This document shows, in pieces, positions 27,169 through 37,528 of a DNA stretch of 64,000 nucleotides (the first letter of the stretch is position 1; each line of letters starts with the position of its first letter). This DNA is from Phycisphaerae bacterium (lineage in GTDB: Bacteria > Planctomycetota > Phycisphaerae > FEN-1346 > JAACEH01), in contig JAWLHX010000002.1 in NCBI GenBank assembly GCA_041690105.1, positions 25,345 to 89,344 of the forward strand, in the 5' to 3' direction. Under the pieces are notes generated by a model, which saw only the letters and a program-made list of their open reading frames with translations, was not told where the DNA came from and searched no databases. A program made the position numbers and the translations under genes.

Positions 27169-28962
27169 TTGCCGCATGGGTCGCTACGAGGGTTCTTTCA
27201 GAAGCTGGGCATGGCCAAGGATAAGCTGAGTCATACGACACTGGAGCGCAAGATCAGGCTCATTTTCGGGCTGCTGATTTTGCTGGTGGTGGTCATTGCC
27301 TTCTTTTTTCCGACTTATGTGACTGAAAAGCAGCTGCTGGAGCAGGATGCCATCAGCGCCCGCGAGATGGTCCGCTGGGGTTTTCTGCGGCTGCATGCTT
27401 CGGCTGCGGCAGGCGAAATGCAGGATTCCGAGAGCATCATAGAAGACCTGACGCGGCTGGGGCCGCCGTCAAGCCGGGCCAACGCCGAGATGCGAATCGT
27501 AAGCACGCTGGATAAGACCGAGCGCCTGCCGGGCAACGACATGGAGCAGCGGTGGCTGACCATGTTCCAGGAGAATCCGGAGCGTTCGCCCGACAAAAGC
27601 GCCCACTTTACGGACGATGACGGTTACATGTTCCGCTACGCCTATGCCCTGCGTGCCCGCGAATCGTGCCTGGACTGCCACCGCACGAGCCATCCGGAGC
27701 TGGCCGCAAACGATCTGATGGGGGCCATTGTCGTCACCTTCCCGACGGACGACACGCGGTGGAAAATTACCGTTAATCGCATAATACTGGGCGCCACGGC
27801 CATTGGCACGGCCATGCTCAGCATGATGATTTTCTATTGGGTGGTGCGCTGGGTCATCGTGCAGCCGGTTACGCATCTTAAACATACAGCCGAGCGGGTG
27901 ACTCAGGGCGATCTGCATGTCCGCAGCGACATTAAGACCGGGGACGAATTTGAGGGGTTGTCGCGCAGCTTCAACCGCATGCTTGAGCGGCTGGAGAATT
28001 CGCGGGAAGAGTTGCGGCGGGCCAACCTTTCGCTTGATCATAAGCTGGAAGAACTGGCCAAGGCCAATGTGTCGCTGTTTGAGATGAACCAGGTGAAGAG
28101 CAAATTCCTGACCACCATGAGCCACGAGCTGCGCACGCCGCTGAACAGCATCATAGGTTTTGCCGACATTCTGGAAGGCAATTCGCGACTGCGTGAGGAC
28201 GCCAAGCTGAGCCGCTACGTAAGCAACATCCGCAATTCGGGGCGAATGCTGCTGGAACTGGTGAACGATCTGCTCGATCTGGCCAAGATTGAAGCCGGCA
28301 AGATGGACCTGAAGCTGGGGCAGGTTTCGCCGCTGGACCTTTGCGAGACGACCATGAACATGGTCCGCCCGCTGGTGGGGCGGAAGGATCTGCGCCTGGA
28401 ACTGGAGGTCGATCCGCAAAGCCCGATCATGACCACCGACGCCAACAAATTGCAGCAGATTCTGTACAACCTGCTGAGCAACGCCGTCAAGTTTACGCCC
28501 TCGGGCCTGGTGCGACTGACCGCCCGGCAGATTGACGGCGAGACCATGATTTTCCAGGTGACCGACACCGGGCCGGGCCTTTCGGCCGAGCAACAGGGCA
28601 TTATCTTCGACCGTTTTACGCAGGTGGACGCCGGCCATACTCGCCAGCACGGTGGGACGGGTCTGGGATTGTCGATAGTGCGTGAACTGGTGAATTTGCT
28701 GGGCGGTGAGGTGGCCGTGCAGAGCGAAGCCGGCCACGGCGCGACCTTCAACGTGACGCTGCCGATTGAGAGCGGCATGCCGACGCCGCCTGTCCCGGCT
28801 CCGATAACCATGGTTGAACCCCGGCCCCAGCCGCGGACCGAGGCCGGAGAACTGGCACCGGAACCTGTAACGCCCGAAGATACGGTCATCGGCCACGACT
28901 TGACGGCCGACCAGCTCCAGCCCGAGCAGACTGATGATTCCGACGGCGGTTCGGCATCCTGA
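27169..28962 (+). CDS. Sensor histidine kinase: 2 TM, periplasmic CxxCH (DUF3365-like) domain, HAMP, HisKA, HATPase
   Basis: SCLDCH; MSHELRTPLNSI; NLLSNAVKFT; DTGPG; GGTGLGLSI. Start is 27169 or 27211. Confidence 0.92.
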   Translation: MPHGSLRGFFQKLGMAKDKLSHTTLERKIRLIFGLLILLVVVIAFFFPTYVTEKQLLEQDAISAREMVRWGFLRLHASAAAGEMQDSESIIEDLTRLGPPSSRANAEMRIVSTLDKTERLPGNDMEQRWLTMFQENPERSPDKSAHFTDDDGYMFRYAYALRARESCLDCHRTSHPELAANDLMGAIVVTFPTDDTRWKITVNRIILGATAIGTAMLSMMIFYWVVRWVIVQPVTHLKHTAERVTQGDLHVRSDIKTGDEFEGLSRSFNRMLERLENSREELRRANLSLDHKLEELAKANVSLFEMNQVKSKFLTTMSHELRTPLNSIIGFADILEGNSRLREDAKLSRYVSNIRNSGRMLLELVNDLLDLAKIEAGKMDLKLGQVSPLDLCETTMNMVRPLVGRKDLRLELEVDPQSPIMTTDANKLQQILYNLLSNAVKFTPSGLVRLTARQIDGETMIFQVTDTGPGLSAEQQGIIFDRFTQVDAGHTRQHGGTGLGLSIVRELVNLLGGEVAVQSEAGHGATFNVTLPIESGMPTPPVPAPITMVEPRPQPRTEAGELAPEPVTPEDTVIGHDLTADQLQPEQTDDSDGGSAS

Positions 28963-28990
28963 CAGAAGCGGCCCGCCAAAGGCGCGTAAC

Positions 28991-29047
28991 AAAAAAGAGG
29001 CATTCTGCTAACCGTGCAACCGGTCGGCAGAATGCCTTTGTGTGTTT
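28991..29047. terminator. Bidirectional intrinsic terminator
   Basis: A-run, aggcattctgc ... gcagaatgcct, T-rich tail; between convergent genes. Confidence 0.75.
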
Positions 29048-29077
29048 AAGGTCGGCCAGTTGGCGGCCGGATTGGTC

Positions 29078-31417
29078 TTACTCAGCCGCCCCTTCGTAAG
29101 CGCCAATGCTCAGCGGCTTGCCCTTGGGGCGAGGCTTGCCGTCAATGTCGGCCTCGACGGAGTCGAGCGGGGCGCCGGCGCCAATTGCCGGGCTTCCCGG
29201 CTTGAGGCGGAAGTCGCCATTCTCGGCATCGACGAAGATCTTATCCAGCTCGGGTTCGAAGAATTCGCCCGGGCCGAAGTTCTTTGATTCGCGGTCCGGT
29301 CCAAGGCGGGTGTAAAGGTTATGGGTGAAGACGGCCGTCTTTGGGAAGGGCGGCGTACCGCACAGGCCGTCGATGATATTATTGCGAACCACCAGGCCTT
29401 CCAGATTCTTGCTGTTGGTGAAGAGGCCCGTCTGCCACGATACATCATGGTTAGAGCGAATGAAGGTATTGTTCAGAATCTGCACGTTCTTCAGTGGCTG
29501 GCCGGGCCAGATGCCGACGATGGTCGTGGCCCCGTTGCCATCAAAGACGTTATTGCGGATGATCAGATTCTCGGCCTGCTGGAAGGTCAGGGCCACGTTG
29601 CCGCGGGCGACCTTGTTGCCCTCGATGAGGATGTCCTTGCAACCCAGGTAGAAGGTCAGGCTGTTGGCGTGCATGCCGCGATGATCGGTTACCTCGCAGC
29701 CGACGACACTGCCACCGGTAACGGTGTAATAATCGAGAGCGGTGGAGGTATTGCGCACCAGGCGGCAATTGCGGGTAACGGCGTTGCTGCCATTACGCAG
29801 GACGATGCCCTTGGTGTGCCCGGGGCAATCGTGGACGTAGCAGTCCTCGACCAGCACGTTGTCCACCTTATAGGTGGTGATGCCTGTGCCTCGCAAAAGT
29901 GCTACCTCGCAATCGCGGAAGATGACGCCCTCGGCCGGTCCATTGGCGCTGAGGCCGGCAGTGCGGCTGTTGTTTCCCTGCCGCAGAATGCGGAAACCCT
30001 GCACCGTCACGTGGCTGGCCTGCTGAAGCAGGAAGCCGTTGCCGCGGCGCGACATTCTGATTTCGGCCGGCTGGCCATCGACGACTTTCACGGGGAGCAG
30101 ATAAATGCGGACGAGCTTGGAATCTTCGGCCGGACCGCTCGAGTATTCGCCCGGCACATCTATCAGGCGAACGGAGTTCATCAGGCTGTAGCGCGTCTGC
30201 TTGTACTGCTTGCCGGCATAGAAGCCCAGGTGCAGGCGGTTGGCCTCCGGATCGTACTTTTTGACATCCAGGTAGATGACGGCATTGGCTCCACCATGAA
30301 AGGCGACCTTCATGCCATCGTAATAGGTCGGGTCTTGCTGCCGCAACACCTTCGGATCGGTCAGCATGGTGCTGGCCTGGAACTGCATCTTGTTTTCACC
30401 GTTTTCGTCAATTGCAGCAATGCCGACAATGGCCGTCCAATCGTTCTTCACCTCGCCATGGACGCTGAGAATCTTGATGGTGAACTTTTTGAAGGTAGCG
30501 GCCTGGGGCAAATCGAAGGTCTGCATGCCGCGCTTGTCCTTCTCGATGGTGGCCACCAGCAACTCCTTGCCATCGCCATAGAAGGCTACCTCGCGCGGAG
30601 CGGTGTAGTTGGGCTGCATTGATATGCCGACGCTCTTGGCGGTAATTGCCTCGGGTACTTCCACACTGACCGAAGCGCCGATGACCGGGCTGACGACGGC
30701 CGAACCGTTGCCCGGGGTTATCATCAGGATAAGCGGGCGCTGGCTGTTGGTGTGGGTGCCTGATTCGGCATAGATTTTGGCCGGCATGTTGGTGGCCATG
30801 GGCCCGTCGACCACGTAATAGTCGGATGGCTTTTCCTGGAAGATGGCTTCCGAGGGGTTGGGGTCCTGGGCGACCGTCAGAGGCTGCTCGGCATAGGTGA
30901 GGTTGGCGGTTCCGATGGGCTTGGGCACGTCAACATAGAATATGTCGGCCCAGCGCGGGTTGCCCTTGGCCTGCTCGGCATTCTCGCAGCGTTTCCAGTC
31001 GGTCAGCAGAACGCCGCCCTCGATAATGGCCTTGCCGGTTCCGAATTGGCCGGCTGTGTTGCCATCGTAGATGACCGGCTTTTCGGCGGTTCCGGAAGCC
31101 GTGATGGTGATGGCGCCCTCGTAGCTGACCCCGCCCTTGAAGATTACGCGGTCGCCGGGAGCTAGTTTGACCTCGGCAGGTTTATCCTTTGCGGCCCTGT
31201 CGCCGGGGGCGTGCTTCCAGGCGGCCTCGGCCGAGGTGCCAGCGTTGGCATCGTCGCCGGAGCTGTAGTCGACGTAGTAGTCGGTCGCCAGGGCGGCGTT
31301 TGCAGAGCCCAGCAGGACGGCTGCGACGAGCAGGGCCATGATAGCCAGCGGGACCAGGCGGCGCGTCAGGCGCGGCGCCGTGTTGTGACATTGTGCGGAC
31401 TGTGTCGTCTTCTTCAT
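29078..31417 (-). CDS. Secreted right-handed parallel beta-helix protein with an inserted beta-sandwich and a choice-of-anchor-Q-like C-terminus
   Basis: Signal peptide, TDYYVD..GDD.NAGTS, repeated IRNN/ILNN rungs, DFRLKPGSPAIGAG..DIDG.PR..SIGAYE. Confidence 0.8.
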   Translation of the reverse strand: MKKTTQSAQCHNTAPRLTRRLVPLAIMALLVAAVLLGSANAALATDYYVDYSSGDDANAGTSAEAAWKHAPGDRAAKDKPAEVKLAPGDRVIFKGGVSYEGAITITASGTAEKPVIYDGNTAGQFGTGKAIIEGGVLLTDWKRCENAEQAKGNPRWADIFYVDVPKPIGTANLTYAEQPLTVAQDPNPSEAIFQEKPSDYYVVDGPMATNMPAKIYAESGTHTNSQRPLILMITPGNGSAVVSPVIGASVSVEVPEAITAKSVGISMQPNYTAPREVAFYGDGKELLVATIEKDKRGMQTFDLPQAATFKKFTIKILSVHGEVKNDWTAIVGIAAIDENGENKMQFQASTMLTDPKVLRQQDPTYYDGMKVAFHGGANAVIYLDVKKYDPEANRLHLGFYAGKQYKQTRYSLMNSVRLIDVPGEYSSGPAEDSKLVRIYLLPVKVVDGQPAEIRMSRRGNGFLLQQASHVTVQGFRILRQGNNSRTAGLSANGPAEGVIFRDCEVALLRGTGITTYKVDNVLVEDCYVHDCPGHTKGIVLRNGSNAVTRNCRLVRNTSTALDYYTVTGGSVVGCEVTDHRGMHANSLTFYLGCKDILIEGNKVARGNVALTFQQAENLIIRNNVFDGNGATTIVGIWPGQPLKNVQILNNTFIRSNHDVSWQTGLFTNSKNLEGLVVRNNIIDGLCGTPPFPKTAVFTHNLYTRLGPDRESKNFGPGEFFEPELDKIFVDAENGDFRLKPGSPAIGAGAPLDSVEADIDGKPRPKGKPLSIGAYEGAAE

Positions 31418-31446
31418 TCAGACATCTCCCTTTAGTGTGAGCTGGA

Positions 31447-32766
31447 TCAGCGTCCGGCATCGGGTGCATAACGCGCCGCAGGCACGTCAGGATAAGCCGG
31501 GCGAGCGGCCCCGGCAGCATCAGTCTTGTCGCCCTGGTTCCGGGCGCTTACGGCCCCTACCAGTTCAGGCTTGAGAAACAGGTAATAGAGTTTGCCCTCC
31601 ATCGCCGTGCGGCCGGCAATCTGGCCGGCAGCGTGGCCGGTACCAATGAAAATGTCGGCCCGGCCCGGTGCCCGGATTGCTCCGCCGGTATCCTGGTCCA
31701 GCATGAACTGGTTGAAGGGATCGTTCCGCGCCTGGCCCGGGCCTATCGGCTGGAACAGATGGGTAGTGACGAAGGTGAGATTACCGCGCGGAAATATGGT
31801 TTTGTCGGTGGCCAGCGAGCGAAGCGGCGTGACGGGCTGCCCCAGGCTGCCGAAGGGGCCGCCATGGGTCTCGGTGAAGAAGATGAAACGTGGGTTGCGG
31901 CTGATGTAGCGATCCAGTTCGCCCGGATTCTCGTCAAAATATGCTTTCATGGCCCCCAGCGAGGCTTTGTAGGGGTCGATTTTCCCGTCCTCCACGAGCA
32001 GTTCGCGGACGCTTCTGTAATCGTGCCCGTTGCTGGCGGCATAGCCGATTTCCATCATTCGGCCATCTTGCAGTTGCAGTGTTGCGCCGCCCTGGACATG
32101 GATGACAAAGGCTTCAAACCGGCTGCGGACATAGACCAGTTCGAGCCCGCGGAGCATGCCGCTGCTTTCGAGTTGCTGGCGCGGTGGGAATTTGACGATT
32201 GAGCCATTTGGCAGACGGCGGCCCAGAATCGCTCCATCCGGACCCTTGACCAAATCGGGCGGCATGCGGTACAGGGGGTGCTGAAACTGGCCAACCGGCT
32301 CGAGGCTGGCCGGGTAAATCGGATGATAGTAGCCGGTAAAAAGGACCGTGCCCTTCATATCGCAGCCAACGCTCTGGTAGACGTCGAAATCCTGAAGAAT
32401 GCGGGCCTGCAGGGCCTGGGGCGACTGAGCTGCGATGACCACCTGCCGGAAATGCTCCAGGCTCTGGGCAGAGTGTTCGTGGGTGAATTCGTGTAAAGGG
32501 TAGAACTGCCGGCTGGACGGATAATCGCGGAACCAGCTTATGCTGTGGTCGGTGGCCTTCAGGAGGTCCTGCCGATTGCTGGGAAAACCAGCGGCAAAAT
32601 CGGGCATCATGTCCGGATCGGTGATTTTGCGCAGGGCATGGGCACCGGGCGGCAGAGGTTTATTATAATCAACAGGCTCGGTTGATTTACCGCAACCGCC
32701 GAGCGATACCGCGGCCACGACCATCGACAGAACAATCTTCACCCAATGTCCAGCGCGTTTGTTCAC
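31447..32766 (-). CDS. mltA: Membrane-bound lytic murein transglycosylase A
   Basis: Lipobox LGGC, LFTGYY.P, IHVQGG, NPRFIFF, SLATD, QDTGGAI..PGRADIFIG.G (3D domain). Confidence 0.92.
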   Translation of the reverse strand: MNKRAGHWVKIVLSMVVAAVSLGGCGKSTEPVDYNKPLPPGAHALRKITDPDMMPDFAAGFPSNRQDLLKATDHSISWFRDYPSSRQFYPLHEFTHEHSAQSLEHFRQVVIAAQSPQALQARILQDFDVYQSVGCDMKGTVLFTGYYHPIYPASLEPVGQFQHPLYRMPPDLVKGPDGAILGRRLPNGSIVKFPPRQQLESSGMLRGLELVYVRSRFEAFVIHVQGGATLQLQDGRMMEIGYAASNGHDYRSVRELLVEDGKIDPYKASLGAMKAYFDENPGELDRYISRNPRFIFFTETHGGPFGSLGQPVTPLRSLATDKTIFPRGNLTFVTTHLFQPIGPGQARNDPFNQFMLDQDTGGAIRAPGRADIFIGTGHAAGQIAGRTAMEGKLYYLFLKPELVGAVSARNQGDKTDAAGAARPAYPDVPAARYAPDAGR

Positions 32767-32958
32767 GAAAATCCTCCTGGTGTCCTGAAAATGTCTGCCA
32801 ACACAGTTGCCGAGCTAGCCTACCAAAGTTGCGGCCGGCGTCAATGGCCTGCTCACGGTGTTTGGGCGGGATAAGGGTGAAATCCTCCCCCAGGGCCATA
32901 TAATGAAGGTAGTGGTAAAGCTGCAGCAGGCGCTTGCCCGGCAGAAAAGAGGTTCATC

Positions 32959-35355
32959 ATGGAAACGGGTCGTCTCAAAATTGGCGTCTCCGGGCTGGAT
33001 TGTCCAAGTTGCGCTGCCACCGTCGAACGAGCTGTGCAGAAAATCGATGGTGTGCTGAGCGTTAAACTGAGTTTTGCAGCGGGCACTCTAGAAGTTGAAT
33101 ACCGTCCGGAGCGTACAGGTGTTGAAGAAATTCGCAAAGCGGTGGAGTCGCAGGGTTATCAGCTGAACCTGGTGGACGCTGCGGCCTCGCAGGTAATTTT
33201 TCGCATCGAAGGCATGGATTGCTCGGATGAGCTGCGGGTAATCGAGGCCTCGTTGCGCAAATCGGGCGGCACCACGGGCACCACCGCCAACTATGTCGCC
33301 CGGACCCTTACGGTGACATTCGACCCGGCCGCGACCACGGCGGACAAGCTGCGGCTGGCGATATTGGACGCCGGATTTCCGGCGACCGAAGAGGGGCGGC
33401 CCGCGGCCCCTGCCCTGGAGCGTTCCTTCGGGCTGGCCCGACACATCAAACTGATTATGGTTATCGTCAGCGGCCTGAGCCTGACGGCGGGCATTCTGCT
33501 GAGCGCGGGCGATTACTTCGGCTGGTGGACTCAGCCGGTTTTGCTGCAGGTGGCGGAATGGCAGACCATAGTGCCGGCCACCATATTCTATGCCATCGCC
33601 ATTATCAGCGGGGGCTATTGGATAGCTCGCAATGCAATCCGGGCGGTGCGTCTGGGCACATTCGACATGAACCTGCTGATGACCATGGCGGCCATCGGGG
33701 CGGCAATTATCGGCGAATGGGCCGAGGGTGCGTCGGCCATGTTTCTGTTCAGCCTGGCCCTGCTGCTGGAAAGCTACACCATGGGGCGAGCCCGGCACGC
33801 GGTGGAAAAGCTGATGGATCTGGCTCCGCGGCGAGCCCGGGTGCGGCGCAATGGCGGCATTGACGAAGTGCCCGTGGCCGAAGTGCAGGTGGGCGAGGTG
33901 GTCATAGTGCGGGCCGGGGATACTGTTCCGGTTGACGGGCAGGTGCTCGACGGCCGGACCGACGTGAACCAGGCTCCGGTTACGGGTGAGTCGCAGCTTG
34001 TTGCCAAATCGCCCGGCGACGGCGTGTTTGCCGGCAGCATCAATCAGCATGGCGTAATTGAGGTGCAAAGCTCGAAGCCGGCCGAGGAGACTACCCTGGC
34101 CCGCATTCTGCACCTGGTGCAGGAAGCCCAGGCGAGCCGGGCACCAAGCCAGCAGTTTGTCGAGCGATTCAGCAAGTACTATACGCCTTCGGTTATAGTC
34201 GGGGCGGCTTTGGTGGCCATCATTCCGCCGCTGCTTTTCGGCCAGTCGTGGGCCGATTGGATTCTGCGGGCCCTTGTGCTGCTGGTCATCGCCTGCCCCT
34301 GCGCCCTGGTTATCTCGACACCGGTAAGCATTGTTGCGGCCCTGGCCGGCGCGGCTAGGCGGGGCATATTGATCAAAGGTGGCGTTCATCTTGAGAACCT
34401 GGGCCGGGCTCGCACTTTCATGCTGGATAAGACCGGCACGCTGACCTACGGCCGGCCCGATGTGGTCAAGGTGATCAGCCTGGACGGCACCGCGCAGGAT
34501 GAGGTGCTGCGCGTGGCTGCAGCAGTCGAGGCGCACAGCGAGCATCTTCTGGCCGAGGCCATCAGGCAGCACGCGACGCAGGAGCGGATCGATTACGAGG
34601 AGGGTCGCGACAGTCGGGCGTTGCCTGGGCGCGGGGCCGAGGCTCGCATTGGCGGGCGGCTCTGTCATGTGGGTAACCTACGCCTGGTTGAGGAATTCGG
34701 CAGCGGCGATGGAGCCGATTTTGTGGAGCGGTTCGAGCGCGAGGAGACCGGCGGCCACACGGCGGTTGCGGTGCTGGTTGAGGGCCGGCCGGTGGGCATC
34801 ATAGTACTGATAGACCAGCCGCGCCAGGAGGCCCTGGATTCCATCCGCAGCCTGCAGGCAATGGGTATGAAGGACATGGTGATGCTGACCGGCGACAACG
34901 AGCAGACGGCCCGCTCAATTGCCGGGCAGGTGGGGCTGAGCCATGTGCATGCCGCTCTTCTGCCGGATGAAAAGCTGGAGCGCGTGCGACACCTTACGCA
35001 GCGCGACCAGTGGACGGTGATGGTTGGTGACGGAGTGAACGACGCCCCTGCCCTGGCGGCGGCCACGGTTGGCATTGCCATGGGAGCGGCGGGGTCGGAC
35101 GTGGCTATCGAGACGGCCGACGTGGCCCTGATGACCGATCATCTGGACCGCCTGCCGGAGGCCGTGGGGCTGGGTCGGCGGACGCTGAAAATCATCAGGC
35201 AGAACATAACGATTGCCCTGGGCATGAAGGCTGTCTTCATGGCCCTGGCCGTGGCGAATATGGCGACACTGTGGATGGCCGTGCTGGCCGACATGGGCGC
35301 CAGCCTCATTGTCATCGGCAATGGTTTGCGCCTGCTTGGCCGGCGGCCGCGATAA
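32959..35355 (+). CDS. cadA: P1B heavy-metal translocating ATPase (Zn/Cd/Pb type) with two HMA domains
   Basis: GLDCPSC, GMDCSDE, TGES, CPCALVIS, DKTGT, GDGVNDAP, LADMG. Confidence 0.9.
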   Translation: METGRLKIGVSGLDCPSCAATVERAVQKIDGVLSVKLSFAAGTLEVEYRPERTGVEEIRKAVESQGYQLNLVDAAASQVIFRIEGMDCSDELRVIEASLRKSGGTTGTTANYVARTLTVTFDPAATTADKLRLAILDAGFPATEEGRPAAPALERSFGLARHIKLIMVIVSGLSLTAGILLSAGDYFGWWTQPVLLQVAEWQTIVPATIFYAIAIISGGYWIARNAIRAVRLGTFDMNLLMTMAAIGAAIIGEWAEGASAMFLFSLALLLESYTMGRARHAVEKLMDLAPRRARVRRNGGIDEVPVAEVQVGEVVIVRAGDTVPVDGQVLDGRTDVNQAPVTGESQLVAKSPGDGVFAGSINQHGVIEVQSSKPAEETTLARILHLVQEAQASRAPSQQFVERFSKYYTPSVIVGAALVAIIPPLLFGQSWADWILRALVLLVIACPCALVISTPVSIVAALAGAARRGILIKGGVHLENLGRARTFMLDKTGTLTYGRPDVVKVISLDGTAQDEVLRVAAAVEAHSEHLLAEAIRQHATQERIDYEEGRDSRALPGRGAEARIGGRLCHVGNLRLVEEFGSGDGADFVERFEREETGGHTAVAVLVEGRPVGIIVLIDQPRQEALDSIRSLQAMGMKDMVMLTGDNEQTARSIAGQVGLSHVHAALLPDEKLERVRHLTQRDQWTVMVGDGVNDAPALAAATVGIAMGAAGSDVAIETADVALMTDHLDRLPEAVGLGRRTLKIIRQNITIALGMKAVFMALAVANMATLWMAVLADMGASLIVIGNGLRLLGRRPR

Positions 35356-35378
35356 GCGCAGCGGTGAGCGTGGGTTTA

Positions 35379-35566
35379 CCGTGGCACGGCCATCCTGGCC
35401 GTGAGTGCCGGGGGGGGCATCTTGCCCCTCGGCCTGTTTCTGTTTTGTTTCTGTTTATTTCCGTTTTCGGTGCTGTGGTCTGAGCCAAGCTATGGTGACG
35501 CAAGATACCGCTCAAACCATGACCACGCCATGAGAAAGCCTCCACGGGCAGGATGCCCATGCCACG
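35379..35566. repeat. REP doublet family D, copy 2 (main arm 35379-35434, inverted partner 35543-35566)
   Basis: Matches 24345-24398 except G8 versus G6; partner cacgggcaggatgcccatgccacg. Confidence 0.85.
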
Positions 35567-35683
35567 AAAAACGGCCGCGCGCCAAACGCTCGTTGGCCGA
35601 AGCGGTTTGAGCATTGGTCAATTCCGCAGTTTATAGTGTATAATGGCGAGGTAACTTTCAGGATCACCTCGGGGAGCATGATT

Positions 35684-37450
35684 ATGTCCTTTGCCCACTT
35701 GTTGTGTCGCCGGCAGAAGTTTGGAAACATTCAACTGGTTCGAAAAATCGGCCTGATTGAAGCAGTCGCGCTTGCCGCTCTGCTCATTCTGCCTGCCGCG
35801 GCAATGGGACAATTCCAGAGTCCGTACGGCCAGTGGACCAATGGCCCGTCGGCTGATGCCTCATATTTTCCGATAGGCGTGTGGTTACAGAGCCCGACCC
35901 GGGCCAACCAGTACAAGGCCGCCGGCTTCAATACATACGTCGGCCTGTGGCAGGGACCAACCGAGACACAATTGTCGCAACTGGCCAATGCCGGCATGAA
36001 AGCCATCTGCCATCAGAATTCGGTCGGCCTCAATTCGCCCAACCGTGGTGTCATAATCGCCTGGTCCCAGCAGGACGAGCCTGACAACGCCCAGCCGCTG
36101 CCGGAGGGTGGCTACGGTCCGCCGGTGCTGCCGTCGGAGATTGTCAGCCGCTACAACACCATTAAGGCGGCGGACGATACTCGGCCGGTCTTTTTGAACC
36201 TGGGCCAGGGTGTGGCCTGGGACGGCTGGCACGGTCGCGGCACACGGACGAATCATCCGGAAGATTACCCAGAGTACCTCAAGGGGACCGACATCGGCAG
36301 TTTCGACATCTACCCGTTTGCCAGCCAGTACACGGCGGTGAAGGACAAGCCGTGGCTCGTACCGTTCGGCGTTGATCGCATGATCAGCTGGACTACTGAT
36401 AAGCAGATTGTGTGGAACTTTATCGAGTGCACCAACATCAGCGGCAATGGCAAAGCCACGCCCACGCAGACGCGGGCCGAGGTGTGGATGAGCCTGGTGC
36501 ACGGCTCGCGGGGCATTCTTTACTTTGTGCACCAGATATCGCCGACCTTCATCGAGCCGGCCCTGCTGTACGATGCGCCCATGCTGGAGATGGTGAGCTT
36601 CACCAACAACCAGATTCACCGCCTGGCCCCGGTGTTGAACAGTCCGACCATAGTCACCGGCGCTACGGCTGCCGTCAGCAATGCCGCGGTGCCGGTCGAT
36701 ACGATGGTCAAGAAGCATGACGGGGCCACCTACCTGTTTGCTGTGGGCATGCGCGATGGCAGCACGTCGGCTACTTTCACGCTGGCCGAGCCGCTGAATG
36801 GAACGGTGGAGGTAATTGACGAAGAGCGGACGTTGACGGTGAGCGGTGGGGTGTTTACTGATGACTTTTCGCCATACGCGGTCCACCTGTACCGAATTGT
36901 GAGCGTGTCGCCGCAGATAACCGCCTGGCGCGCCTACGCAACCCACGGCACGGCAGGGCTGCTTGGTCGGACCATTCAGGACAATGACGTGGAGCCGCGC
37001 AAACATGTTACGCAGCTGGGCGTAACGTTTGATTTTGCGATTGATCCGCAGAGCATTGACGGCGAGACGGTAATGCTGACCGGCGGCGTGTCGGGCGATT
37101 TGTCGAACCTGGTCTCGTCGGTCACGCTGGATGCATCGGGCCGCAACATGACCATCGACCTGTCGCAGCCACTGCATACGGACCAGAGCCTGGTGGTGAC
37201 GATTTCCTCCACCTTGCGCGGCACCGATGGCTCGGCCCTTGACGGCACGCGGAGCATCATGATGCGACTGCTGCCGGGCGACGTGGATGGAAGCGGCCGG
37301 GTTGAGGCGGCCGATATGCGTGCCATTCGCCAGGCTGTCGGACAGTCGCTGACGGCGGGCAATTGTCATCTGGACGTGGACGGTTCGGGAGCGATAAGCG
37401 GGAATGACTTGCGAGAGGTGCGGGGGCGGCTCGGTACGGCCCTGCCCTGA
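35684..37450 (+). CDS. Secreted glycoside-hydrolase-like protein with an Ig-like domain and a C-terminal dockerin
   Basis: Signal peptide, FPIGVW, QQDEPDN, HGSRGILYF; duplicated GDVDGSGRV..AD / DVDGSGAISGND. Confidence 0.75.
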   Translation: MSFAHLLCRRQKFGNIQLVRKIGLIEAVALAALLILPAAAMGQFQSPYGQWTNGPSADASYFPIGVWLQSPTRANQYKAAGFNTYVGLWQGPTETQLSQLANAGMKAICHQNSVGLNSPNRGVIIAWSQQDEPDNAQPLPEGGYGPPVLPSEIVSRYNTIKAADDTRPVFLNLGQGVAWDGWHGRGTRTNHPEDYPEYLKGTDIGSFDIYPFASQYTAVKDKPWLVPFGVDRMISWTTDKQIVWNFIECTNISGNGKATPTQTRAEVWMSLVHGSRGILYFVHQISPTFIEPALLYDAPMLEMVSFTNNQIHRLAPVLNSPTIVTGATAAVSNAAVPVDTMVKKHDGATYLFAVGMRDGSTSATFTLAEPLNGTVEVIDEERTLTVSGGVFTDDFSPYAVHLYRIVSVSPQITAWRAYATHGTAGLLGRTIQDNDVEPRKHVTQLGVTFDFAIDPQSIDGETVMLTGGVSGDLSNLVSSVTLDASGRNMTIDLSQPLHTDQSLVVTISSTLRGTDGSALDGTRSIMMRLLPGDVDGSGRVEAADMRAIRQAVGQSLTAGNCHLDVDGSGAISGNDLREVRGRLGTALP

Positions 37451-37528
37451 CGGTACAGCGTAAAGGCGAAGTGAGTTTATCGACGAAAACATGCAGAGAG
37501 GCTTTGACAGGCTGCATCGAGAATAAGC

